A stretch of DNA of 61,096 nucleotides, counting the filler, from Dugesia japonica (Eukaryota): the NCBI GenBank assembly GCA_001938525.1. It is 6 parts of 6 records of this genome, joined end to end, with 100 filler letters (N's around TTAATTAATTAA, not from the genome) between each part and the next. Parts side by side here need not be neighbours in the genome. Positions count along the whole stretch, not along the records: positions 43,387 to 52,400 come from MQRL01619595.1; positions 52,501 to 61,096 come from MQRL01648561.1; 4 more parts are not named here. One strand, 5' to 3'. Of the stretch, positions 49,315 to 60,509 are shown one piece after another. A model generated the notes under the pieces. That model was not told where the DNA came from and ran no database searches. It saw nothing but the letters and a program-made list of their open reading frames with translations. The position numbers and the translations under genes were made by a program. How positions within the stretch are numbered: the stretch's first letter is position 1; the number at the start of each line of letters is the position of its first letter.

Positions 49315-49821
49315 AGCACATTACCAATTTTTGCAATAACTTTATTAACAATAATAGCAATGAGTGAAGCTCAATTAGAAGAGAAACATGGTTCTACTTA
49401 CATAACAAGAATAATTTATTCAAATAAAATTATACTCAAGGTACCGGAAGATAAAAAGAATATAATGTATATTTCTGCGCATATAAAAAACAATCCAAGG
49501 GTATACAAGGGAAAGGGTCAAGTAGAAATAGGAGGATTAGAAGCTAACACTGAATATAAACTCTGGATATGGGTGCGAACAGGTAGATACGGGGTAGTAG
49601 AACATCATATATTTACTACAGTACCTAAGAAACGAGAACAAGAGAAATCAAGTGCAACAAGAATGACAATAAAGACACAATATACGAATATTCTGAAAAA
49701 GCAAAGAAAGTTGAGTACAACCAAACCACAACAAAAAACAACTATCCCTCCAGCAAAATCACAAATAAAGACACAATATAGAACTATTCTGACAAAACAA
49801 AGAAAGTTGAGTACAACATAA
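49315..49821 (+). CDS. Signal/TM peptide + fibronectin type III-like domain + Thr/Lys-rich repeats, in frame with the integrase C-terminus
   Basis: YNLRS, then LPIFAITLLTIIAMSEA; VEIGGLEANTEYKLWIWV...FTT (FN3 GLxxNTEY motif); duplicated IKTQYxxILxKQRKLSTT. Confidence 0.62.
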   Translation, partial: STLPIFAITLLTIIAMSEAQLEEKHGSTYITRIIYSNKIILKVPEDKKNIMYISAHIKNNPRVYKGKGQVEIGGLEANTEYKLWIWVRTGRYGVVEHHIFTTVPKKREQEKSSATRMTIKTQYTNILKKQRKLSTTKPQQKTTIPPAKSQIKTQYRTILTKQRKLSTT

Positions 49822-50320
49822 CAATCAAACAGAAACAACTATTCCTCATAATACACCAGTATATGGTTATGCCATAATGACAAGTAAAATTAGAAATGAA
49901 AATCTGAAAAAAGATCATCAACAATTGAGACATAAAATTCTACAGATGTGGGTTACAACAACAATAAAACCATTTGACATAAAAATATTACATCACCCTT
50001 TTACAATATTGGAAAAATATTGTACTCTTCCTCCTCGCTTTCATAATTACGTTAATCCAAATGCATAAGCGATATAGGTGGAAGAGACAGCGTTATCGGC
50101 GTCGCAATGCCCCACAAATTCCGAATTATGTCTAATGGACATTGGTCTGAACACCCTGCGGTAAATTTAAAAGAAGAAATAATCTATATTATTATTTATA
50201 TATATATATATTTATTTATATAATAAGCTACTAATATCTGTAGCAGTATATAGGACTATTCAGTCCATAAAATCATCAATTAATTATATAATTATTCTAG
50301 ATATTACAACAACGCCGACA

Positions 50321-52348
50321 GTGATACAGACTCGAATATACGAACAAACACAACATTACATACATACTGAAACTGATAAAATATTTTACAAAAACATGCA
50401 GAAACATAACATGCACACAGACAAGCAGACAAGCAATAAATCAAAATATTCAAACACACAAGCAAATATGAATTCAACATATACACATACAAAGAATATG
50501 CCAGCAGATGTGCCCTCATCCTCAACTTTCATCACAAAGAATATGCCTATCTTTTATGAAAATATCCAAAATTTCAGTTTTTCTCATAAAGATGATGAAC
50601 CTAGAATAGAAATATTTAATGGCGTAACCAAGATCCCTAAAATGCTGAAGAACAATACCTTTGATAAAGATATAGTAATGATTAGGTTCCAGAAAGCACA
50701 ACGTTATAAATTGCAACAATTAATAGGTTATATTAAAATATATAAATATCAAGAGGATGCGTTAGNNNNNNNNNNNNNNNTTCTTCGCACAATTCGTATG
50801 CATGTTACAAAAACTCCTATCAAGTTTACGTATAAAATGCAAGAAGTAACGATACAAAATAACAGCTCATTGATTATAGACGACATTGTTACTGGAGATT
50901 GTAATAACATAAAAGTTGCAATAAGTGATATACTAGCAGTACTAGCTGTAGAACTAATTTATCATGATACAATCCCAATTCCATTTCCAACATTCACATC
51001 ACTCAAAGGTCAATGTGATGTCTCATTTATAGANNNNNNNNNNNNNNNNNNNNNNNNNNNNNNNAAAACACTGACAGTAGAAGATATTGAGCAATTGAGC
51101 GTGTATATAGATATAGAAACCGTTAAAGGTGTGTATTTTAATTCACAAGTAGTGGAAATCACAATCATGAACAACACAGGGGAAATCATATTAGATGAAA
51201 AAATATGTCCTAGGGAGCGAATTAGACATTTTGATGTAGAAAGAACGGGATGCAATCAAGAAAAAATAATGAAATACAAGGATGCATACCCCATAATACT
51301 AAAGGCCCGTCAACTAATATACGGAAAGATTTTAATTGGATATGATTTAGGTTAAAATTTAATAAGCCTACATATGGATCAAAGACATGTAATTGGAATT
51401 CGTGATCTAGCTGAGGAAAAATGGAGACGTATGTATACACCCAATGTTAAGAAGATAAGGTCTGTTAACCTGACGGAAGCGGTTTTTAAGCCATTACGGC
51501 ATGAGCGTGTTATTAAAGATATGTTAAACACGGCAAAAGATAGGCGAAATGAGTCAACAGCAAAACGTGTAGCATTTATAAAAATCACGTATCAACAAAT
51601 GATCTTACAACAGGTATGGCACGATTTGATAAAACCTGGTATGTCTAATATCCAGACAATAATAACAGATGATCCGTCATTACTACAGGAGATAGCGATC
51701 AGAGAGAAAGATAAGCCTGAAGCAATTAACTGGACAATGAGTTATAAAGCAGAATCACTTGATACGAGTGATGAAGAAGATGATGACGTTGATTTTGATA
51801 TTGAAAAACGATGGGAGCATTATGAAGCGTATGAAGCTGCAAAGAAAAATTGGCATGAGGAACAATTAGCTAACGAAATACGAGAAAGCAATCCAAAAGG
51901 AGTACCAGTAGATTTAGATGATAGTTGTACGGAATACTGGTCAGATGAAGATAAAAACTTGGAAGATCTTACGGTGGAACAAGTTAGAGAAGACTGTATA
52001 TATATGCCATATTTTACAGATAGTGAAAGCGATGACTCAATGGGACCGGAACCGAATATATTTTTAACTGAACCAGACTTTATCTGGACAGAAACGGTAA
52101 AGGAAAAGCGAAAGAAAGAGGGAGAATATAGATTATTAGGAAAATCCGAAGATGATATTTATTTAAAATATGGAAAAAAGAGAGTGAGATTGGCAAAAGT
52201 TGACGACGCTGGAAAGAAGTTACGATTTGTAGTAGAAAATACAATATTTAATAAAGTGGCAATGGAACAAGACGGCACATTGCTCACATTATCAGTAAAT
52301 AAAGACGATGACACATTGTTACATGTGTCTATTAATAAGACAATATGA
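50321..52348 (+). pseudogene. EEP-like domain + REX4/ISG20-like DEDDh exonuclease + acidic region; one in-frame stop at 51353-51355
   Basis: DEDDh: VYIDIETV...VVEITIMNNTGEIILDEKICP...TG...LIYGKILIGYDL...IRDLA. EEP-like: DIVMI, IVTGDCN, PTF...CDVSF. ORFs 50321 and 51374 share a frame. Confidence 0.72.
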
Positions 52349-52400
52349 CACATTATAACCAGCATATGTATATATATATATATATATACATATATATAAT

Positions 52401-52500
52401 NNNNNNNNNNNNNNNNNNNNNNNNNNNNNNNNNNNNNNNNNNNNTTAATTAATTAANNNNNNNNNNNNNNNNNNNNNNNNNNNNNNNNNNNNNNNNNNNN
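52401..52500. other. Artificial contig spacer
   Basis: 44 N + TTAATTAATTAA + 44 N. Confidence 0.97.
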
Positions 52501-52730
52501 GAAAATAAGTTTTCTAATTGATTTATAATGATATTCAACTAATTATTATCATTTATAGAGTGTTTCATCATATTTTGAAATCTATTTTATTTTGACTATT
52601 TTTCAATTAATTTTGACAATATTTCAGTTTTTGTTAACATTTTATAATTACAATTATTGTGAGAATAATTGTTGGACTTAACCATTGATCGGATTTGAGA
52701 TTTCATTAAAATAAGATAAGGCTTCGATCA
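52501..52730 (+). repeat. LTR-like repeat related to 12310-12530
   Basis: Shared ACAATTATT..GAGAATAATTGTTG..CT.AACCATTG segment. Confidence 0.5.
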
Positions 52731-53237
52731 AAACAAAACAAAATTTATTTGTACAAAAAGTTCAAATTTTCGACAATAGTCTTCTTCAGGAACATGTTGG
52801 CTTCTTGAGATATTCAATGCAATAGATCTTTGTTACTAAATTCTTTAAATTTTATCAAAATTTTATTAGTTTATTTTTTTTTAAAATTTAATGTTTTTAA
52901 TTTTTAAATCAAAAAATTTTCAAAGAAATTTTGTTAACATTCTTTTAATTTCTATTAATTTATTTCTTTTAATTCAATAAAAAATAGACCGAAAAGTATG
53001 TGTATATTTGGGAAATGAATGAAAATGTTTTCAGATTTTTGAAGAAGGAATAGTTTCTGAATGATAAAAGAACTGCAAGCATTGGGATTAGGGCATATCA
53101 AATTGGGATATTTTTTCAAAACCGGGATTTGGTATTTGTAAACCAATAAAAATAAATGTATTTGTGAATATTGTAATAAAATATTACTTGGAAAAAATAA
53201 AGCTAGACATTTACGAATTTGATTAAAGAATATTCAA

Positions 53238-53960
53238 CCAAAGAGTCAATCGTATCATCATTCAGAGATGATTTCAATTCTGTTACTATATTTCCACATG
53301 CAGAGAAAGTTCTTTCTGAATAATCGCTAGTTGGATAAATTTAGAGAAGATATTAATAGTCTTTTCTTAAATAGATTCCTTTTGTCCCACTTTCCTCCTT
53401 CTCAAATATTTCTCTCTTCATTGACTTTAATAAATTAGAAGATTTAATTGGTACAGGGTTTCAAAGAATAATATTTTGATCTTCGTTCGATCAATCTTGA
53501 TCTCAACAACTCTTTCACTTTTAATCAAAAACCAACATCTGTGATGTTAGCAAACATAAATTTCATAGCTGCACCTGCAGTCAAAAGTGTGGCATCTCGT
53601 CGGCACATAGATTCAAGTGATAATGTAATAGGTGTCATTGTAGCTATTATATTCTTAAGTTTCATTATTTCTAATTCAGTAAATGAAATTTCAAGCTTTT
53701 AATCAACCAGAGCTTTGAGTACACAGGTTTTGATGTCATTAAATTTCTCAAAAATTATAAGAGGGCTATTCCATCTTGCCTTTATGTATAGAAATAATTT
53801 TAATTCTTTTTCTTGTTNTCTAAAACATGTTTAATCAAAATTTACTCTTTCTGTTGTTGATTTTTTGAAATGTTTTGATAATTCTTCTAGTTTTTTGGAC
53901 AAGTTCAGCAATGCCATCACAATATGATAAACGATTTCCTGCTGTATTAATTTTGAACTC
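53238..53960 (-). pseudogene. hAT transposase remnant
   Basis: ARWNS motif; LESMCRRDATLL; dimerisation motif PTSDYSERTFSACGNIVTELKSSLNDDTID. Confidence 0.85.
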
Positions 53961-54021
53961 AGCAATGAAATTTTCAATAGATTCTTCATTATATTGAATC
54001 TAAAGAAGAAGAAAAGAAGAA

Positions 54022-54222
54022 AATGTTTTATATTCTTTTCCTGTAAGCACTGCACCTTTTGGTTTTAAACTTGTTGAAAGAATGTCTAATCCTATTTATA
54101 TTCCTGTATCAAAAAAGTTAATTGAATCAATAAGGATTTCATTTGTTGATGAATATAATAATTTAATAGATTTTAACGGCGAAACTATTAGTATATTTTT
54201 AAATTTAAAACAGGTTTTATAA
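54022..54222 (+). pseudogene. Penton C-terminal fragment
   Basis: VLYSFPVSTAPFGFKLVERMSNPIYIPV...IESIRISFVDEYNNLIDFNGETISIFLNLKQV. Confidence 0.85.
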
Positions 54223-54230
54223 AATAAAAA

Positions 54231-54720
54231 ATGAATTATTCAGCGATAAATCACGCAGGGGTTTACTAATCGATACTTGATTCCTTAAAAACATTTGGTA
54301 ATAATACTCAAACAAATTTTGATTTAAAAGAATATTCTATTAAATAAAATTTACCTGTTAAAATATTAATGAACGATGAGCTTTATAAATTAAAGACAAC
54401 TAAAAAAGTAACGTAATTATTAATTATCTAAACTCAGATAAAAACGGTTCTCACTGGGTTTGTTTCAAGACGACCTTCGGCCTAGAGCAGACGAATGTCT
54501 TAGGGCAAAGCTCGACTAAATCAATATATTTTGATTCATATGGAATTAAACATATGGATGAAGTAGAAGCTTTTTTAAATAAAGAATAAATTTAAATAAA
54601 CATATGTGGTATATTATGCCTTTGTTTTATATATGTTAAACAATACAGATATTTATTTTTGATAAAATTATTGATTCCATTTACTCAGATTTAGAAAAAA
54701 CTTTTGAAAAAGTAAATTAC
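54231..54720 (+). pseudogene. Adenain-like protease
   Basis: GSHWVCF, IYFDSYG and ICGILCL, with stops and frameshifts. Confidence 0.85.
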
Positions 54721-54740
54721 TATGTAATTTATCGACAAAA

Positions 54741-56183
54741 ATGAGTACTTTTATTCCTACAAGCAAATCTGGTTCAACTATTCAATCAAATGATTTTGAT
54801 TTAGAAGATGTAATTAAACATACTGAAGCTAAATTAGCTTAACCTTTAGAATACAACTTAAATAATAAAATTACTAGTGAAATAAATAATCTTTATAAAG
54901 TTTATGTAAATGAATCGGGTGATAAAATAGAAAAACTAGAAGTTATTCAAGAACATAACACTGATAATGATGTTGTAAATAATAAATATTTAAAGAAATA
55001 TACCGATCAAATTAAAAAGGATATAGACAATAAAACAAATTTTAGAATAGACTTATTAACTATTAAAATAAATGAAACGATCAAATCTAAAATATTAAAA
55101 TTTAAAACTAAATTAGATAAAGAAATTAAAGATTTAATAGATAAAGAAATAAAACAAATAAAGTTAAAAACAAATGATTAAGTTAATCAATTGTATTCTT
55201 TTAAAGAAGTTCAAGAATAAGAAATGAAATCTTTAAAAGATATTGTAAAAGATAAAATAAATCAAGTTGAATTTAATTCTTTTAAACTGAAACAAGAAAC
55301 GACTTTCAAGAGTCTTCAAACATAGTTTAGTAAAAAATTAAATAATGATTCACGATTTACTTTCTTGAAACATTTATATATTAATACTTTTAATAATCAT
55401 TTATTATTTTTTATTAATAAAATAAGATGATATGAAAAATATTCCAATTTAAAAATTGAGTTTTGGTTATCATCTAATTTTGGTTTAGATGAGATAAATG
55501 ATAATTTTAGTTTTGAAGATTTAAGTGGTGTTGGTTTAACTATAAAAGGAAAACCAGAATTAAGATGGAGACATGTACTAGTAGGAAATACCCCCCTTTA
55601 GTTGTAATAAATGTTTTTATTTAAATAAAGGAGACCAATTTATTTCTAAACATGAATTTTAAAAAGATTTTGTTTTAATGATTCTTTATAATAGAGAAAG
55701 TCATTTCGATTTAAAAGGCGCGTTTATTCAAGGAGGTGAATCAAATAAAAATATAATAGGAGAATATAAAGAATATACATATTATGTACAATTAAATAAT
55801 GAAGAATTATATCATGATCCTAAACATTTTCCCAAGTTATTGTATATTGAAAAGAGAGGAAATCAAATTACCCTTTATTGAGGTCTTTGTGAAAAAAAAC
55901 AATACATTACTATAAAAAAAGATTTTGAATTTGGAAAACTAGTTATAGGTGATAAAAATACGAGTGGATTTATTTATGAATGTTTATGTTATGTAACTAC
56001 TTGTGTTGAAATAGATAACATTGATATATATCAAGAATTTTATAATCTTTATCGCGTACAAACAAGAGTATCTCGCCATGTTGCGCCTAAGAGCAGCCAA
56101 ATAGAGTTTGACAATAAAAATAATAACGAACATAGTTCTAAGGCAAAGCCTGATGAAACAATTATAAACTCAAAATATTATTA
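54741..56183 (+). pseudogene. Coiled-coil ORF, positional counterpart of 4054-5376
   Basis: Synteny between protease and membrane protein; heptad-rich; many stops. Confidence 0.45.
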
Positions 56184-56210
56184 AATTAAATTAATATTAT
56201 ATTATTAAAA

Positions 56211-56810
56211 ATGGATAAAGAATATGGTTGTATTTATCCAGATATAAATGAAGAAGATCAATTTAATAGAACTGCATCTATATCTGATTATAAGAACGCA
56301 ACGGAGTTGACGAGGCAATATGCCGATAAATTAAAAACATTAAGAATTAAAGACTTTGAAAATGGTTTAACATTCTTAACTGATAAAATAAATCATTATA
56401 ATAAATTATTTAGAAGATGGAAAATGTTTGATACGGGTGTAAGATATACCGATATTTTAATAGGATCTTTATTTGGTGCAGCAGGTATAACAATAACTGT
56501 TTTAGCTACAAGTGGTATAGTTATTTTAACTTTACCTGTTATTAGTCTTGGTACATTTTCTTTAACTAATTCAATTATTCATGGTATATTGAACATCGGA
56601 TTAATTAAAAGAAAAAAGAAATATAATGATTTGAATTAAGAATTAGAAACTAGTAAAAATAAATTATTTCTTTATCATCAGAAATGTTTACATGATAATA
56701 TATTACCACATGAAGAAATAAATACTAGTAAAACAATTGTTAATGAAATCAAAAATAAAATATTAAAGATTAAAACTGATATTGAAGTTAAAGAAGAAAA
56801 AAATAGATAA
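56211..56810 (+). pseudogene. Membrane protein homologous to 5389-6075
   Basis: IYPDI, RIKDFE, HYNKLFRRW, GVRYTD, IHGILNIGLIKRK; frameshift near 56615. Confidence 0.8.
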
Positions 56811-57915
56811 AGATGATACTTTTTTATAAACAAAGCTAAAGGAAATGAAAACTATAATAAATCAGCCTACGCCAAAAGTACGAAAAAAATAAATTAGAAA
56901 TAGATTATAATTGTTTAAATTGTATAAAATTAAAAATTAATTATAAAAATTAAAGTAAATATTTTTAAAAAAATGGTAAACGAAAGACATATTATGCGAA
57001 TTAATAATCTTATTAAAATAATTGGTGTTAACCATGAATTAGAAAATAAAATTAAAGAAGAAGAATATAAAATTCCTCAACATAATAAAAGATTGCAAGC
57101 TAATTTCTTAGCCACTATATATTTAAATTTCTATTCGCCTAGTGAGATTTAAGAAATATTTAACTGTATTGCTTCTTTATCACCAGGCGAGGAAAACAAA
57201 AAATTGATTGAAATATTAAAAGGTTATAATGAATATGATGATGATGATGATGATATTTTTTTAATCCAGCTGCATTTGCCAGAGGAATTTTTGGCTAAGA
57301 CTGGTAATTGTTCAATTAAAAGTTATTTATAACAGTTATTTATAAAAATTAGTTATAAAAAATATGTCAAACGAAATTATAAATTATTTTGCTAATAGTA
57401 AAGAATTTATCGCAATAAAATAAAGTTGCATTAGCACCCGAATTATTTATTAAATTTAAACAATATGAAGCAGCTATAAAATTAGCTGGATGAACAATTA
57501 TTAATCTTGATATTAAAAATGAAGTTTTAGTTCAACAACTTGATAAGTATGGTAAATATAATCCAGAAGAATTAAATAGAGTAATTAAATATAAAGAATT
57601 AGAAGAATCTAATAAAGATAATCATGAAAGATTGAAATATAGATTATTTAAAGCATTAGATCAATGTAAGACTATAAAATAAAATAATAAAGCAAATATT
57701 GAAGAGAAAAATAAAATACATTTATTTTTATCTCTCTTTTCTATAATATTAACCAATCTTTTTAACTCATCGCAAATATAGGTTAACTGCGCCGATTTTA
57801 ACACGAAATGTTTATCTAGTTCATTAAATATTTCTTCATTTGTTTTTTTATGTGTGTTGTTTTCGCTAGTATTTAAATTTTTTATTGTTTGTAATTGACC
57901 GTGGTTGATCGCGGT

Positions 57916-58263
57916 CTAATTGCGGTCACCTCGAGACAATGAAAAAAACTGATTTTTCAGATATTCCACCTCTTTTTCATTAAAATCAATTAAATATTTC
58001 AAATGTGCAAAATCAATAATTGAAGCATCTTTATTACTTTGCCCTGAATATACAGATTGTAATAAATATATAGATGATTTTAAATATCGCATATATTTAT
58101 AATAAGTTGTTCTTTTTATTTCATAATCTGTTTCTAATGTAAAAGCTCCCAACATTTTTGGTAAGCTCTTGAATTGTTTTTTTCGTTGAAATACGAATAT
58201 TCTAGCAATAATATCATAATTTTCTATAAATGTTATTATGTTCTTATTATTAGGTACAGGCAT
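57916..58263 (-). CDS. Polinton hypothetical protein
   Basis: Intact 115-aa ORF with TATAAAAATG start context; no family recognised. Confidence 0.45.
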   Translation of the reverse strand: MPVPNNKNIITFIENYDIIARIFVFQRKKQFKSLPKMLGAFTLETDYEIKRTTYYKYMRYLKSSIYLLQSVYSGQSNKDASIIDFAHLKYLIDFNEKEVEYLKNQFFSLSRGDRN

Positions 58264-58296
58264 TTTTATAAAATAAATTAATTATAAATTAACCAT

Positions 58297-59313
58297 TTAG
58301 ATTTCTGGCTCTAAATATCTAAATTTTTCAAAATGACTGTATTGTTCGTGAAAATTAATTAAAACCTCACATTGGAAACTGTCGGTTTTTATTTTATAAT
58401 TCGAAATATGCAATGGAGATGATATATAACTTTTTAGGAGTGTATTATTATTTTCTAATGATTTTGGATCTAATTCAAGAACATTTATAGNAATGTTGAA
58501 TAGTTTTTCCAAAATCTTAATCTCATTTATTGGAAAACCCCTCTTCATTATCTGATTTACATCTATACCATTTTCCATTAATACATTAGTATTTATTCCT
58601 TTAAAATATTTTGAATAATATTTAAAATCGCTTTTATGATGCGAATCATTTGTTGAGGAAATAAATACGCAATTATATGCCAAAATATTCAGAAATTATC
58701 TTTTGTTTTAATATTTATTATTGAATTGGATCTAAATGAAAGATTTAAAATATGCCATCCGCGTAGAAATTTAACTCTGGTGAATTCTAATGTAAAATCT
58801 TTGAAACCTATTATTCTCCAATTGCTTCCTTGAAAACTGTTCATCTTATTGTCGAAAACATTATTTATACTAATATACGTTTCTTCATCATTATTTCTAC
58901 TATTATTAAAATAAATTAAAGGATTCGACTGAATTAATATATTCTGTTCTTAAGTATTTCTATTTTCTACCTCTTCATTAATTAATATGTCATCTCTTTT
59001 CATATAAACGGTGCAAAAAATTTAAAACTAATTTATAAGGACATGGTTCTATCTTACCTCTGATTGTATTTTCAAAACCAGACAAATAGGTATTTATGTT
59101 ATCACTTAAAAGTAAATCTTGAGATATAGTTTCTTTTAAATAATAAGGGAGAACATTTATTACTTCCAATCTATTATTCTCCCGTTGATCGCGATTATAT
59201 CTTCGCACTTCTCGGTAATTAAAGAGAGAGGTGAGTCTATTAAGTCTATTTATCCTATTTCTCCTTATAATTGGAGGTAAATTGGGATTATCATTTCTTC
59301 GTAATGCTGGCAT
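58297..59313 (-). pseudogene. pPolB N-terminal (terminal-protein-region)-like ORF without polymerase domains
   Basis: FQGSNWRI..FKDFTLEF...SIINIKTKDNF*IFWHIIAYL...FPINEIKILEKLFNIXINVLE matches QGSGWSF...ILNIKNPKNDFNCFKYCIIAHL...MPMDIKNIPKFERLNDFKVNVFE of 6649-7330. Confidence 0.7.
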
Positions 59314-59499
59314 GTCTTTTTTTATTAAATAAATAACTTTTAATTATTATTTATCTTATTTACTAAAAATAATGTATTTTATCAAAGTGTAGTAGTTGGT
59401 AAATAGGCTGGATGGCACTTGTGGCGTTTTTTAGATTATTTCGCCGTTTTATGCATGGTTCCAAATATTTTATTTAATAAATTTAACTAATTGGTTCAA

Positions 59500-60475
59500 A
59501 TCTTATAAAAATATTTATGGTGATTCATCTGGATGGATTCCAGACACAAACAAAGGAGATTTAGATATTACTTGGGAAGGAAATGAAGGTTTTTTAAAAA
59601 GAAATAAACTTTATGACTCAAAAAAAAATTTCTGGGTTGTTTCCCTTTAAACCTTTTTTTGGATTTATACAATGTTATAATAGATTATTATATAATACAA
59701 AGATTGAATTTACTTGTAATCGACAAATTGATGATAAATTAGTATTTTATTGTGATACAGGTAAAAAAAAACTTTTAAACTAACAACTTTAGAATAACAT
59801 ATACCAGAATGTAGATTATTACCAAAAATGGAAGTAAATCTATTAGAAAGAATTTATACAAATAAATCTATTCAAGTTTCGTTTTTAAATAGAATTACTT
59901 CAAGTACTACTTTAGATTCTGGAAATAAATATTCACTTAAATTGAATAATTTAGTTTATAAACCAAGATATTTATTTATTGTAATAAAAGATGAAGACAT
60001 TTCTTATCAAAAGAATATTAATTTATTTTTCCAACAAATAAGTGAAACTGAAAAGAAAAAAGAAGGGACTCCAGCTGCAGAAAAAGAAGTTACAACAAAA
60101 CATTATCTTAAAAGAAATCAAGTACAATTAAACAATACATATTATCCTATTAATGAATGTAAATTTAATATTAAAAATAATGAAATCATTTTTCCATATT
60201 TAAATTATGTAAATTGTTGTAAAGACTTTTTAACAGAACCACAAGTATCTCTTCAAGAGTTGGGCAATTTATACCCAATCTTTTGTTTTGATGTTAGTTG
60301 CCAAGACGACAAATTAAATATAAATACCGTAGATATAACTTTACAATAACTAAAGATACTGATTTTAAAGGGTCTTTATGTTGGTGTATTTTAGAAGAAA
60401 AACATTTTGAAATGAAGTTATCTAATTCTAAAATTGTAAGAATTGAAAATAAACGAGGAGAAAGTTATGTTTAAA
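59500..60475 (+). pseudogene. Major capsid protein (double jelly-roll), C-terminal part
   Basis: NEGFLKR, PLKPFFGF, KPRYLFIV, LNNTYYP and YPIFCFDVSCQ motifs typical of Polinton MCP. Confidence 0.85.
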
Positions 60476-60509
60476 GTTTAAGTTGAAAAATCACACATTT
60501 AGATTTTAA

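Larger units (their letters stand above)
43387..52348 (+). mobile_element. Internal part of a giant Ty3/Gypsy retroelement: Bcl-2-like - env - PR - RT - RH - IN - FN3 - EEP/DEDDh
   Basis: All domains are collinear on the + strand within one contig; Ty3/Gypsy pol domain order. Confidence 0.9.

Noticed and set aside
50060-50180. WSEHPAV resembling an EEP SDH motif (a second EEP domain)
   Set aside because: Single short motif in a frameshifted region; insufficient support.
11383-52500. Five evenly spaced TTAATTAATTAA palindromes, and the apparent clustering of Polintons with giant retroelements
   Set aside because: Each palindrome sits in an identical 44N/12/44N linker, an assembly artefact. 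Adjacency across linkers carries no biological information, so contigs 3 and 5 are not claimed to be one element.
59388-59470. AGTAGTTGG as a possible Polinton terminal repeat start
   Set aside because: No matching inverted copy or TSD in the window.
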